In this document: positions 52,581 to 62,619 of the stretch, one piece after another | Numbering within the stretch: the stretch's first letter is position 1 | How the letters are laid out: the number at the start of each line of letters is the position of its first letter | Assembly: GCA_963662795.1 (NCBI GenBank) | Contig: OY759746.1 | Coordinates: 2,144,001-2,208,000 of the forward strand | Direction of reading: 5' to 3' | Length of the DNA: 64,000 nucleotides | Origin: Spirochaetia bacterium | GTDB taxonomy: Bacteria > Spirochaetota > Spirochaetia > CADAEX01 | Notes under the pieces: model-generated | Told to the model about the DNA's origin: nothing | The model's database searches: none | What the model saw: the letters and a program-made list of their open reading frames with translations, nothing else | Position numbers and translations under genes: made by a program

Positions 52581-53092
52581 AAAAGAGATTTCTGACAGCC
52601 TCCGCAGTAACGTATGCAGTTTTTATATCAATCTCATTTGCCGCCGGTTTCGGTCCGGGTATAAAGGCTGCAGAGAATTTTACAGCTTTTCTGGCTGATA
52701 TGGTCAAGGTTGTTCCATGTGCATTTATCCTGATCGGTTTATTTGAAGTCTGGGTTAAAAAAGAGACAGTTGAAAAACATATGGGTGAGAAATCCCTGAT
52801 TATCCGCTATATCTGGGCAGTACTCCTTGCCGGTACCACAGTAGGAGGGATGTATGTCGCGTTTCCTGTCGCATATGTCCTTTATTCGAAAGGGGCGAAA
52901 CTTAGTGTCATATTTACCTATATAGGAGCTGCAGCTATATGCCGGATTCCCATGATGATTTTTGAAGCATCATTTTTGGGCATTAAATTTACCCTGATAA
53001 GACTTTCTGTTTCACTTCCTCTTGTTATAGCCTCCTCGCTTATCCTTGAGGCTTACCTTAAAAACACTGGGTATTCAATCAAAAAAGTGTAA
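52577..53092 (+). CDS. Permease (partner half)
   Basis: LIGLFEVWV, GGMYVAFPVA..L..KGA, FEASFLGIKF. Confidence 0.7.
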   Translation: MKKRFLTASAVTYAVFISISFAAGFGPGIKAAENFTAFLADMVKVVPCAFILIGLFEVWVKKETVEKHMGEKSLIIRYIWAVLLAGTTVGGMYVAFPVAYVLYSKGAKLSVIFTYIGAAAICRIPMMIFEASFLGIKFTLIRLSVSLPLVIASSLILEAYLKNTGYSIKKV

Positions 53093-53219
53093 TGAACTGC
53101 CCGGTTTTGGGAAATGCTTGACAGAATCGGTGCTTTTTAATATTAGTAATTTACTAACACACTAAATTACTAAAACAACTGCATGCCATGACTGTGTCAT
53201 GACCGCAGCAGGAGGGAAA

Positions 53220-53702
53220 ATGAAAATTCCGTCAGATTTAAAACATAAACCGGTTATTGTCTCAGAAGATTATAATCTGGTAGACGGCAGGTATGCCGGT
53301 GATCCAAAGTCGGATGCCAAGGGACTTTCCCTGGGCCTTGCCCAGTGGAACGACAGGGGGAAAGTCGAGATTTCTGCCAAAGTATGGCGGCACACCGGCG
53401 AGAAATGGTCGCGCCAGTCGGAAGAAATGCCCCTGCACAGGGTGCTTGATCTTGCGATTCTGATTGTAAGGAGCAGGCTTTATTTTGCAAACCGCTATCA
53501 TGAGAAAGAGAGCGATAATCCCTCCTTTCCCCTGATTGAAAGGATCGGGCTTCATGGAGGGGCAATGAATGCCTCAGTCTGTCTGGATAACGAAAATATT
53601 GAAGAGGACATGAAACTTTTTGATGACTGTCTTCATCAGGATGATGAAATTATAGGCGAACGCCTTAGAGTGCTTCAGCGCCTTCTGGCAGAGCTTGACT
53701 GA
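53220..53702 (+). CDS. Conserved hypothetical (DUF6530-like)
   Basis: LKHKPVIV...DAKGLSLGLAQWN...AKVWRHTGEKWSRQSEE.PLHR; ATG after GGAGG. Confidence 0.7.
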   Translation: MKIPSDLKHKPVIVSEDYNLVDGRYAGDPKSDAKGLSLGLAQWNDRGKVEISAKVWRHTGEKWSRQSEEMPLHRVLDLAILIVRSRLYFANRYHEKESDNPSFPLIERIGLHGGAMNASVCLDNENIEEDMKLFDDCLHQDDEIIGERLRVLQRLLAELD

Positions 53703-53751
53703 CCTGCAAAAACCGCTTCATCTGATTAAACTTATGTTGAGGTAAATATAA

Positions 53752-54372
53752 ATGGATGAATGGAACAGAACTTTCAGTAAATACGACTTTCGCCCTCTTG
53801 TTTATGATGACTGGCTTGATAAATTCTCACCGCTTCTTGAAAAGTCGCGCTCTGAAGCGATTATCGATTTAGGCTGCGGTACCGGTAATGACACCTTATA
53901 CCTTAAGAAAAGGGGGTTTAAGGTAATTTCCTGTGACTTTTCCGCTGAAGCTCTGAAGAGGCTTGATCATTTCATCGAAAACCCTGAAAAAAAACTTTTT
54001 GACATGAGGGAGAGATTTCCGTTCCCTGATAATTATGCCCGTATAATAATTTCAGACCTGTCGCTTCATTATTTTTCCAGGGTGGAAACCGGAAGGATAA
54101 TCGGGGAATTGTCACGGGTACTTGAAAACAGGGGGATTCTCATCTGCAGAATAAATTCAACGAACGATATCAATCATGGAGCAGGGCAGGGGGAAAAAAT
54201 TGAGGAAAATTTTTATAACTTTAACGGCAGTTTAAAAAGATTTTTTGACAAAGATGAAATTGAATATTTTTTCAGGGACTGGAACATCGGTTACATTAAT
54301 GAGTGCGTGATGCTAAGATATAAATTGAAAAAAATTGTATGGGAATTTACTGCGGAGAACAACAAGCCATGA
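53752..54372 (+). CDS. Class I SAM-dependent methyltransferase
   Basis: IDLGCGTGND, DFS, LSLHYF. Confidence 0.88.
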   Translation: MDEWNRTFSKYDFRPLVYDDWLDKFSPLLEKSRSEAIIDLGCGTGNDTLYLKKRGFKVISCDFSAEALKRLDHFIENPEKKLFDMRERFPFPDNYARIIISDLSLHYFSRVETGRIIGELSRVLENRGILICRINSTNDINHGAGQGEKIEENFYNFNGSLKRFFDKDEIEYFFRDWNIGYINECVMLRYKLKKIVWEFTAENNKP

Positions 54373-55121
54373 AAATAACAATCCTTTGTGAAAACCAGGC
54401 GGGACACGATAACGCAAAAGTTTGCCTCGCGGAATGGGGTTTTTCAGCTTTTATCAGGGTTAACAGTATGAATATTCTTCTGGATGCAGGTCATACTGAT
54501 GTATACAGGCACAATGCTGAAAGGATAGGGATAGATCTCGAAAAAACAGATTTTATTGTTCTTTCGCATCATCACTGGGACCATATCGGCGGACTTTTAA
54601 ATCATTCTTTTCAGGAAAAGAAAAGGCTGATTTTTCACCCCGATATTCCGGAAAAGCTTGACAGGACAGAAGCTGATACGATTAACAGTGATTATTTAAT
54701 TACAGCATCAGCCCATCCTCTTGAATTTTCCAAAGATATTTACTTTCTTGGACAGATCCCCCGGATCAGCAGTTTTGAAAAAGGGACACACAAGGGTGAT
54801 TCAATGAATGATGACACTGCCCTGGCGGTAAAGACAGACAGGGGGGTCATAGTCATAACAGGCTGTTCCCATTCGGGAATCTGCAATATCTGCGAATATG
54901 CAAAAAAGATTACGGGACAGAATCTATATGCTGTAATCGGAGGTTTTCATCTTTTTAAGGATAACCCTGAAGCGGTTGACGGAACAGTCGCTTATTTTAA
55001 AAAAGAGGGTGTTGATAATCTCTATCCGATGCATTGCATGGATATGCCGACGCTCTGCCGTTTTTATTCGGAATTTGCTGTTAATAAGCTCTGCGCAGGA
55101 GACAGCATTGTACTTGACTGA
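54369..55121 (+). CDS. MBL-fold metallo-hydrolase
   Basis: LSHHHWDHIGG, TGCSHSG, GGFHL, PMHC. Confidence 0.88.
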   Translation: MKITILCENQAGHDNAKVCLAEWGFSAFIRVNSMNILLDAGHTDVYRHNAERIGIDLEKTDFIVLSHHHWDHIGGLLNHSFQEKKRLIFHPDIPEKLDRTEADTINSDYLITASAHPLEFSKDIYFLGQIPRISSFEKGTHKGDSMNDDTALAVKTDRGVIVITGCSHSGICNICEYAKKITGQNLYAVIGGFHLFKDNPEAVDGTVAYFKKEGVDNLYPMHCMDMPTLCRFYSEFAVNKLCAGDSIVLD

Positions 55122-55173
55122 TTTTTTAAAAGGGTAAATTAATATAGAGACTGCTTACCGGAAAAGGAGATTT

Positions 55174-55515
55174 ATGATGGATAATGAACTTTTCATCCTG
55201 TGGACAAATGACAACATAATTACAACAGAAAAATTTGTTTTTATGTATGCGCAGAATGCGCTGCTTAAAAAATGGTGGGGTTCTGTTACTCTTATTGTCT
55301 GGGGTGCTCCCGCAAAGCTTGTCTCGGATAATAATGCCATTGGGGAAAAAATAAGGGATCTGATTATCCGGGGTGTCAAAGTGTCAGCGTGCAAAGCATG
55401 TGCTGATCAGCTCGGCGTATCTGAAAAACTTACAGAACTTGGTGTTGAAGTAAAATACTGGGGAGAAGACCTGACAAAGCTGATCAGGGAAAAGAAAAAC
55501 TTGATTTCAGTTTAA
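55174..55515 (+). CDS. DsrE-family protein
   Basis: ILWT, MYAQNA, LIVWG, ACKACAD. Confidence 0.8.
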   Translation: MMDNELFILWTNDNIITTEKFVFMYAQNALLKKWWGSVTLIVWGAPAKLVSDNNAIGEKIRDLIIRGVKVSACKACADQLGVSEKLTELGVEVKYWGEDLTKLIREKKNLISV

Positions 55516-55554
55516 GATATTCAATAAAAATACTTCATCCGGCGGCAGGGCATT

Positions 55555-56523
55555 ATGATTCAATTAAATGAAATAAGTAAAAATTTCGGGAATAACAGGG
55601 CTGTTGACAGGGTTTCTCTTGATATAAAAAAGGGAGAGATATTCGGGTTATTGGGCCCGAACGGCGCGGGAAAATCAACTACAATCAAGATGCTGGTTAC
55701 AATCCTTAAAAGCAACAGCGGAAGCGCCTTCATAAACGGATATGATGTAGTAAAGGATCAGACCCGCGTAAGGGAATCTGTCGGGATAATATTTCAGGAT
55801 CCAAGCCTTGATGAACGCCTTACTGCCGGGGAGAACCTTTACTTTCACTCTCGCCTTTACCATGTGCCGTCATGCGAGATAAAAAAGCGGACTGATGACG
55901 CGCTTGAACTGGTTGGCCTTACAGGGAAGAGAAACGACCAGGTCCTTACTTTCTCAGGCGGTATGAAGAGGCGGCTTGAGATAGCAAGGGGCATTATTCA
56001 TACGCCGGAAGTTCTTTTTCTTGATGAACCGACAATAGGACTTGACCCCCAGACACGAAAGCATATCTGGAAATATCTTGAAGACTTAAAAAAAAGGGAA
56101 GAAATAACAATTCTCCTTACTACCCACTATATGGAAGAAGCTGAAATCTGCGACAGGATTGCAATAATGGACCACGGCAGGATCATCGCTCTTGATACCC
56201 CCTCCAATCTTAAAAAAAGCATCAAGGAAGACATAGTTACAATTACTACGGTAAATAACGAAGAAACCTCTGGTGTTATTCTCAAAAAACTCGGGCTAAG
56301 GGCTGAGCCGGAAGGGGATGCTCTGCGGATTACAGTTCCGGACGGAATAAAATATCTGCCGATGATTTTCGAAGCTGCAGGAAGACGAATAACAGGCGCC
56401 GATATCAAAAAGCCTACACTTGAGGATGTATTTATAAGTCTTACCGGCAGAACGATCCGGGATGAACTTTCAAACAGCAAAGACAGGCTAAAAAGCGCTG
56501 TCAGGAGGAAAAACAGAAAGTGA
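55555..56523 (+). CDS. ABC transporter ATP-binding protein (DrrA-like)
   Basis: GPNGAGKST, FSGGMKRRL, LDEPTIGLDP. Confidence 0.92.
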   Translation: MIQLNEISKNFGNNRAVDRVSLDIKKGEIFGLLGPNGAGKSTTIKMLVTILKSNSGSAFINGYDVVKDQTRVRESVGIIFQDPSLDERLTAGENLYFHSRLYHVPSCEIKKRTDDALELVGLTGKRNDQVLTFSGGMKRRLEIARGIIHTPEVLFLDEPTIGLDPQTRKHIWKYLEDLKKREEITILLTTHYMEEAEICDRIAIMDHGRIIALDTPSNLKKSIKEDIVTITTVNNEETSGVILKKLGLRAEPEGDALRITVPDGIKYLPMIFEAAGRRITGADIKKPTLEDVFISLTGRTIRDELSNSKDRLKSAVRRKNRK

Positions 56524-57275
56524 AGGCATTTTTAATCGACAGCCTTGTAATAGCCTCGCGCGATATTTTAAGAAGCACCAGAGAGAAAAGCAGGCTTTTC
56601 AGCTCTATTGTAAGACCTGTTATATGGCTTTTTCTCCTCGGCAGCGGGCTGAGAGGTTCTTTCTCGCAGATGCCCGGGGGCTACACATATACCCAGTACA
56701 TATTTCCGGGGATGCTTGCAATGAATGTTCTCTTTGCTTCGGTACAGTCCGGCACAACAATTATCTGGGACAGGGAATTCGGATTTTTAAAGGAAATACT
56801 GGTTTCGCCTGTATCAAGGTCATCCATCGTATTCGGCAAGACAATAAGCGGCGCTGTCGTCGCGACGATACAGGGGCTTATCGTGCTTGTGCTTTTCCCT
56901 TTTGTCGGACTGCACCTCTCTTTTTTTCAGATAATTATCTGCGCGGCCGCGCTTTTCATGATAGCGCTTTCCATTACATCGCTTGGAATACTTATAGCTT
57001 CAAGAATGACCTCTTTTGAGGGGTTCGGATCAATAAATAATTTTATTGTTATGCCGCTGTTTTTCCTGAGCGGGGCAATGTATCCGGTTGACAAAGCACC
57101 GTACTGGCTTAAACCGTTTATAATGGTAAATCCCCTTTCATACTCGGTTAATCTTTTAAGGGGAATTATACTTGGGACTGAGGGGAATTTTTTTATTGAT
57201 CTTGCAGTTATAGCAGCTTTTCTTCTGACAGTATTTTCAATAGCAACATATATCTTTTATACTGACAGAAGATAA
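56520..57275 (+). CDS. ABC-2 transporter permease
   Basis: DREFGFLKEILVSP, PLFFLSGAMYP, NPLSY. Confidence 0.9.
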   Translation: MKAFLIDSLVIASRDILRSTREKSRLFSSIVRPVIWLFLLGSGLRGSFSQMPGGYTYTQYIFPGMLAMNVLFASVQSGTTIIWDREFGFLKEILVSPVSRSSIVFGKTISGAVVATIQGLIVLVLFPFVGLHLSFFQIIICAAALFMIALSITSLGILIASRMTSFEGFGSINNFIVMPLFFLSGAMYPVDKAPYWLKPFIMVNPLSYSVNLLRGIILGTEGNFFIDLAVIAAFLLTVFSIATYIFYTDRR

Positions 57276-57305
57276 CTAAACATATAACCGTATCCGCAGG
57301 AGGCT

Positions 57306-58055
57306 GTGATGAAGTACGAAGGTAAGGTTGTAATTGTAACCGGTTCAGGACAGGGAATAGGGCGCGAGATTGCATGCGCTTTCGCATCAGAAGGAGCATC
57401 TGTTGTTATTGCGGAGATAGTACCTGAAAGCGGCATGGAAACAGAAGACATTATAAAAAGCGCAGGCGGAGAGGCTCTTTATATTGAAACAGATGTCAGC
57501 AGCCCTGAAAAAAGTGAAATCCTTATGAGGAAAGCAGCGGAAAAATACGGACGTATCGATATACTTGTAAATAACGCGGGTATTTCAAAAAAAACCCCGA
57601 TCTACTTACTTACGTCAAAAGAGTGGCACAGGATAATTGACACCAACCTTGGAAGCGTGTTTTTTTTCTCACGAGCGGCAGCAGGTTTTATGAAAAATAC
57701 AGGAGGAGGCGTCATCATAAATATCGCATCGACAAGGGCATTCATGTCGGAGAGCGGAAGTGAAGCCTATGCGGCATCGAAAGGGGGGATTATATCAATT
57801 ACCCATGCTCTTGCCGCATCCCTTGCCCCTGAAAAAATCCGGGTAAATTCCATAGCGCCAGGGTGGATTGAGACAGGCGATTACAGTATTCTTACAGGTG
57901 CTGATCATCTCCAGCATTTTTCGGGAAGGGTGGGCCGGCCTGATGATATAGCCAGGGCATGCCTTTTCCTTTCTTCTCCTGAAAATGATTTCATAAATGG
58001 AGCGAACCTTGTAATTGACGGCGGAATGACCAGGAAAATGATTTATGAAGAATGA
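57306..58055 (+). CDS. SDR oxidoreductase
   Basis: TGSGQGIG, NNAG, YAASK. Confidence 0.92.
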   Translation: MMKYEGKVVIVTGSGQGIGREIACAFASEGASVVIAEIVPESGMETEDIIKSAGGEALYIETDVSSPEKSEILMRKAAEKYGRIDILVNNAGISKKTPIYLLTSKEWHRIIDTNLGSVFFFSRAAAGFMKNTGGGVIINIASTRAFMSESGSEAYAASKGGIISITHALAASLAPEKIRVNSIAPGWIETGDYSILTGADHLQHFSGRVGRPDDIARACLFLSSPENDFINGANLVIDGGMTRKMIYEE

Positions 58056-58106
58056 TATAAGTGTAATTGCAGCAGAGTGTAACTGTGACTCTGATTCGGG
58101 GGTGAT

Positions 58107-58469
58107 ATGATAAGAATGATAAAAAACCCGTCTTTGATAAAAGCTTCGGGGATACTTGAAAAAAAAATAGAAGAGTATTTCGGCAATGTCAACTCAAAAA
58201 GCGGCGATGTAAGCATTGCGCTGATGAACAGCCCGTCCGGCTGGGAAGAACCGTTCCAGAAACCTTCCTTTGACGAGTATACTGTTGTTCTTGACGGAGA
58301 ACTGAGGGTAGAGTGCGGCGGCGCGGTTTATGATGTAAAGGCGGGAGAAGCTGTTCTCGTCGGGAAAAATGAAAGGGTAAGATACAGCACCCCGGCAGAC
58401 GGAGGGGCAAGGTATATAGCTGTGTGTCTTCCTGCATTTTCTCCCGATACGGTACACAGGGAAAATTAA
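58107..58469 (+). CDS. Cupin-domain protein
   Basis: GWEEPFQKPSFDEYTVVLDG...YIAVCLPAFSP. Confidence 0.8.
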   Translation: MIRMIKNPSLIKASGILEKKIEEYFGNVNSKSGDVSIALMNSPSGWEEPFQKPSFDEYTVVLDGELRVECGGAVYDVKAGEAVLVGKNERVRYSTPADGGARYIAVCLPAFSPDTVHREN

Positions 58470-58471
58470 TT

Positions 58472-59623
58472 ATGATTCAATACATATATGATCCTCCTCA
58501 AAATACAATGCCATTGATAAAACAGCTGTTTGCTGAATACACAGGCAGTCTGAATCTGGATTTATCATTCCAGGATTTTGAGAAAGAGCTTGAAAATCTT
58601 CCCGGCAAATATGCGCCTCCTGAAGGATCCCTGATTCTTGCAGAGGAAAACGGGATTCCGGCAGGCTGTGTAGCCCTGAGAAAATTCGGAACTGGCGGTG
58701 ATAAATGCGAGATGAAAAGAGTCTATGTCCCTGACGGCTTTAGAAAAAGGGGAATTGGAAAAGAGCTTGTCTGCAGGATAATTGCCCAGGGTTCTGCTAT
58801 GGGATACGGTTCAATGCTTCTGGATACGTTAAGCACAATGGGGAAGGCAAGAGAGCTGTATGAGGCTGCGGGATTTAAAAAAATTGACGCCTATTATCAT
58901 AATCCCCTTGAGGGCGCAATTTTCATGGAACTTGATCTTAAAGAAAAAAAGATTATAAGGGATAATCTGCAAGCCCTTTCTCTCCTGCCGGGGGGGGAGC
59001 GGGAGCCGCTGCCTGAAAATTATATCTTTGATTACGGCGGAGTAATAAGTTTTAATCAGAAAGAAGAAGATCTTATTAAAATGGCAAAAGTATCGGGAGC
59101 TGAGGATTTTAATCTTTTTGAAAAGGCGTACAGGGAAAACAGGCATGATTATGATGCTGGTATTGCTGACGGAAGGCAGTACTGGGATAAGGTATTCTCT
59201 GACTCGGGAGTTTTGTTGCCTGATGAGGAGCTCTGCCGGAAACTTATTGATATGGATATTGCAGGCTGGACTGATATAAACCATGAAACAGTTGATATAA
59301 TCCGCAGCCTTAAAAGCAGGGGCGCTTATCTCGCGCTTCTTTCCAACATGCCCCGTGACATGCTGGTGTTTATCAGGGAGAACAAAAGCGGTGAGTTTTC
59401 ATGGCTTGACTGTTTTGATATTAAACTGTTCTCCTGTGAGGTAAATATCTGTAAACCTGATCCTTCCATATTCGCCCTTTGCCTTGATAAAGGAAGCATA
59501 AATCCCTGCCGGGCAGTTTTTATTGACGACATGAAAGCCAATATCAGCGGGGCAGAAAGATGCGGAATTAAAGGCATCCTGTTTGAAGGTGCCAATTGTC
59601 TTAAAAAGATATTACTCCGGTGA
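58472..59623 (+). CDS. GNAT acetyltransferase fused to HAD-family hydrolase
   Basis: CEMKRVYV...RKRGIG then IFDYGGV, LLSN, KPDP, FIDD. Confidence 0.82.
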   Translation: MIQYIYDPPQNTMPLIKQLFAEYTGSLNLDLSFQDFEKELENLPGKYAPPEGSLILAEENGIPAGCVALRKFGTGGDKCEMKRVYVPDGFRKRGIGKELVCRIIAQGSAMGYGSMLLDTLSTMGKARELYEAAGFKKIDAYYHNPLEGAIFMELDLKEKKIIRDNLQALSLLPGGEREPLPENYIFDYGGVISFNQKEEDLIKMAKVSGAEDFNLFEKAYRENRHDYDAGIADGRQYWDKVFSDSGVLLPDEELCRKLIDMDIAGWTDINHETVDIIRSLKSRGAYLALLSNMPRDMLVFIRENKSGEFSWLDCFDIKLFSCEVNICKPDPSIFALCLDKGSINPCRAVFIDDMKANISGAERCGIKGILFEGANCLKKILLR

Positions 59624-59786
59624 AATTTCAATTGAAAAACTGAAAATGGTCCTCCTTGACATTCATTGTACCGGAGGAGTATTCTGAATCGGTTTTGATC
59701 TGATCACATTAACTTTATATAAGAATTTACTCCCGAACCAGGATGGCTGTTTTACGGCAGACTCTGGACTATCGGTTTACATAGGT

Positions 59787-60479
59787 GTGTATATGAAAAT
59801 ATCTGTAAAAGATGCGGCAGCATTGCTTGAGGTATCAGAATCTGCATTGTATCGCTGGATAGACCATGCTGAAATTCCGTTTTACAAGATAAACGATACT
59901 TATCGTTTTAACAGGTCGGAATTACTGCAGTGGGCCACTTCCCGTGGAATACGTGTTTCACCTGATATGTTCGCAGACATTGATAACGATTCTCCTGTCC
60001 TTCCGAGGCTGACGGATGCTATGCGTGCCGGCGGAGTTTTGTACGATATTGAGGGTGAAACAAACGCGGAGGTTTTAAAGTCAATTGTTGACAGAATGCT
60101 CCTTCCTCCAGAAGAGGACAGGCAGTTTTTATACCAGGTTCTGGTTGCCCGCGAAGCTTTGGGATCAACAGGTATCGGGAACGGCATTGCCATTCCACAT
60201 GTCCGTAATCCTGTGGTTCTTCACATATCTGAACCTGCTGTTACATTATGCTTTTTAAAAAAAGCGATTGATTTTAAGGCTGTTGACGGTAAGCCGGTTT
60301 CTGTTCTTTTTACAATTATAAGCCCCACAGTCAGAACTCATCTGCATTTGCTTTCAAGAATTGCATTTGTCCTTCGTGATTCTGAGGTTCTGGCTTTACT
60401 TAAACGGCAGGCAGCACCTGAAGAAATATTGGATATAATTTCCAAAAATGAAGACAGTATCCCCGAAGTACAAAAATAA
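59787..60479 (+). CDS. Excisionase-type HTH + PTS EIIA domain protein
   Basis: VKDAAALLEVSESALYRW; RE.LGSTGIGNGIAIPH. Confidence 0.88.
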   Translation: MYMKISVKDAAALLEVSESALYRWIDHAEIPFYKINDTYRFNRSELLQWATSRGIRVSPDMFADIDNDSPVLPRLTDAMRAGGVLYDIEGETNAEVLKSIVDRMLLPPEEDRQFLYQVLVAREALGSTGIGNGIAIPHVRNPVVLHISEPAVTLCFLKKAIDFKAVDGKPVSVLFTIISPTVRTHLHLLSRIAFVLRDSEVLALLKRQAAPEEILDIISKNEDSIPEVQK

Positions 60480-60498
60480 TGAGCCAAGGAAGTATTTC

Positions 60499-62520
60499 GT
60501 GTCTGTTGATTTGATTTCTGCTTCGATAATAATTTTTGCCTTTAGCGGAGTTGCCGGTCTTTTTTTACATCCCCTTTCACCCTGGATCGGGCGTATTCAT
60601 TCGTTTTTTATTTTGTCAGGTGTTATTCTGGGTTTTTGCGGAGCTATTACCGGTATTTTCATTCCTGATACTGCATTATATATTTTACCCTGGCCTTCTG
60701 TTCAGGGTGCATTGATTGGTGTTGATGCCCTGAGTGCATTTTTTCTCTTACCTGTATTTCTTGTGGGAGGACTCGGCGCAGTATACGGGCTCGGTTATTG
60801 GCCGCCCAGGGAGTATGTACGGACAGCGGCCTGTCTGAGGTTTTTCTGGGGATTGATTCTTTCCGGCATGACACTTCTGGTGATAAGTAAACATGCCCTG
60901 AGTTTTCTTCTCGGCTGGGAAACCATGGCTCTTTCGGCTTTTTTTCTTGTTTCAACTGAGGATGAAAAACCGGATTGCCGGAAAAGTGCCCTGATCTATC
61001 TGATAGCAACCCATATCGGAACTTTAACTCTTTTCGGCTTTTTCAGCCTCTGGCACAGTACTACCGGTTCATTCAACCTGATTCCTGTACAAACAGGTTT
61101 TATTCCTGCAAAAACAGTAAATATTCTTTTTTTGCTTGCTTTTACAGGATTCGGGCTGAAAGCCGGAATTATGCCGCTGCATTTCTGGCTGCCCGGTGCC
61201 CATGCCAATGCTCCAAGTCATGTATCTGCACTGTTTTCGGGTGTAATGCTTAAAATGGGAATCTACGGAATTCTGCGTGTACTAACTCTGCTGCCGGGTA
61301 TTTCCCCTTTCTGGGGCTGGTTCATTCTCCTTATGGGTTCCGTCAGCGGTCTTCTCGGAGTTATTTTCGCCCTTGCCCAGCACGACCTGAAGCGGCTTCT
61401 GGCATACCATAGTGTTGAAAATATCGGTATTATACTGCTGGGAATGGGAATGGCTCTTTTAGGGCGCAGTTATCACCGGCAGGAATGGGTTATTCTGGGG
61501 ATGGCAGGCTGTCTGCTTCATGTCTGGAACCACAGTCTGTTCAAATCTTTACTGTTTTTCGGTGCAGGTTCGGTGCTTCATGGAACAGGAACACGCCGGA
61601 TTGACAGGCTTGGCGGTCTTTCAAAATTTATGCCATTTACGGCCGCTACTTTTTTGACCGGTGCTGCGGCGATAAGCGGTCTGCCGCCGCTGAATGGTTT
61701 TATCAGTGAGTTTTTTATTTATTTCGGCTTTTTCAGATCTGCCGTATCGGTCGAAAAGCTTGCATCGCTTGCTCTTCTTGCCATACCTGTGCTGGCGATG
61801 ATAGGCGCCCTGGCAGTTTCATGTTTTGTGAAGGTCACAGGAGCTGTTTTTTCCGGATCCCCGCGAACTGATGCTGCTGAAAAGGCAGCTGAATCACCGC
61901 TTTCTATGGTTCTCCCTATGGTTATATTGGCTCTGATTTGTCTGACTATCGGAATTTTTCCTGCCCTTACAGTTCCTTTCCTTGAAAGAGCTATTGCTGT
62001 CTGGCAGGGGTTTGACAAATTGTCTGTCCCGGCTGCTTCAGTTTCTTTAAGCAGACTGGTTCCATTCGGCTGGATCAGCTCAATATTGATAATAACATTA
62101 TTCCTGTTAAGCATCATTTTTATCATTATATCCTTTTATAAACGGAGAATGATTCACAGGGCAGTAACCTGGGATTGCGGCTATGCAGAACCTTCTGTCC
62201 GCATGCAGTATACTGCTGCATCCTTTGCCAGGTCTCTGGTAAGTTTGTTCAGCTGGATTTTGAAACCGCATGAGCATTCACCCCGGTTGAAAGATAATTT
62301 CCCCGGCAGGAGCTGCCTGGAAAGTCATGTAAATGATCCGGTACTTGACCGCATTCTGATTCCTGATTTCAACTTTCTGCGGAACAGTGCCCGCTGGTTT
62401 TATCGTTTTCAGCAGGGACAGACTCAGTCCTATATACTGTATCTGGCGATTTTCATGAGTGTTCTTTTGGCAACATTGATACCTTTTAAGAAATTGTTTT
62501 TTGATCTTTTTACAAAATAG
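60499..62520 (+). CDS. Hydrogenase-4 component B-like proton-conducting membrane subunit
   Basis: WETMALS, KAGIMPLHFWLPGAHANAPSHVSALFSGVMLK, LKRLLAYHSVENIG, TWDCGY. Confidence 0.88.
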   Translation: MSVDLISASIIIFAFSGVAGLFLHPLSPWIGRIHSFFILSGVILGFCGAITGIFIPDTALYILPWPSVQGALIGVDALSAFFLLPVFLVGGLGAVYGLGYWPPREYVRTAACLRFFWGLILSGMTLLVISKHALSFLLGWETMALSAFFLVSTEDEKPDCRKSALIYLIATHIGTLTLFGFFSLWHSTTGSFNLIPVQTGFIPAKTVNILFLLAFTGFGLKAGIMPLHFWLPGAHANAPSHVSALFSGVMLKMGIYGILRVLTLLPGISPFWGWFILLMGSVSGLLGVIFALAQHDLKRLLAYHSVENIGIILLGMGMALLGRSYHRQEWVILGMAGCLLHVWNHSLFKSLLFFGAGSVLHGTGTRRIDRLGGLSKFMPFTAATFLTGAAAISGLPPLNGFISEFFIYFGFFRSAVSVEKLASLALLAIPVLAMIGALAVSCFVKVTGAVFSGSPRTDAAEKAAESPLSMVLPMVILALICLTIGIFPALTVPFLERAIAVWQGFDKLSVPAASVSLSRLVPFGWISSILIITLFLLSIIFIIISFYKRRMIHRAVTWDCGYAEPSVRMQYTAASFARSLVSLFSWILKPHEHSPRLKDNFPGRSCLESHVNDPVLDRILIPDFNFLRNSARWFYRFQQGQTQSYILYLAIFMSVLLATLIPFKKLFFDLFTK

Positions 62521-62619
62521 AAAAGGATTACCGGATTCTGTTACATCATGTGTTAAGGGAATCTGAAAAGATGATCGGGTAATTGTTAAAGTATCTGTTT
62601 TTAATGAGGAATAATTTAG

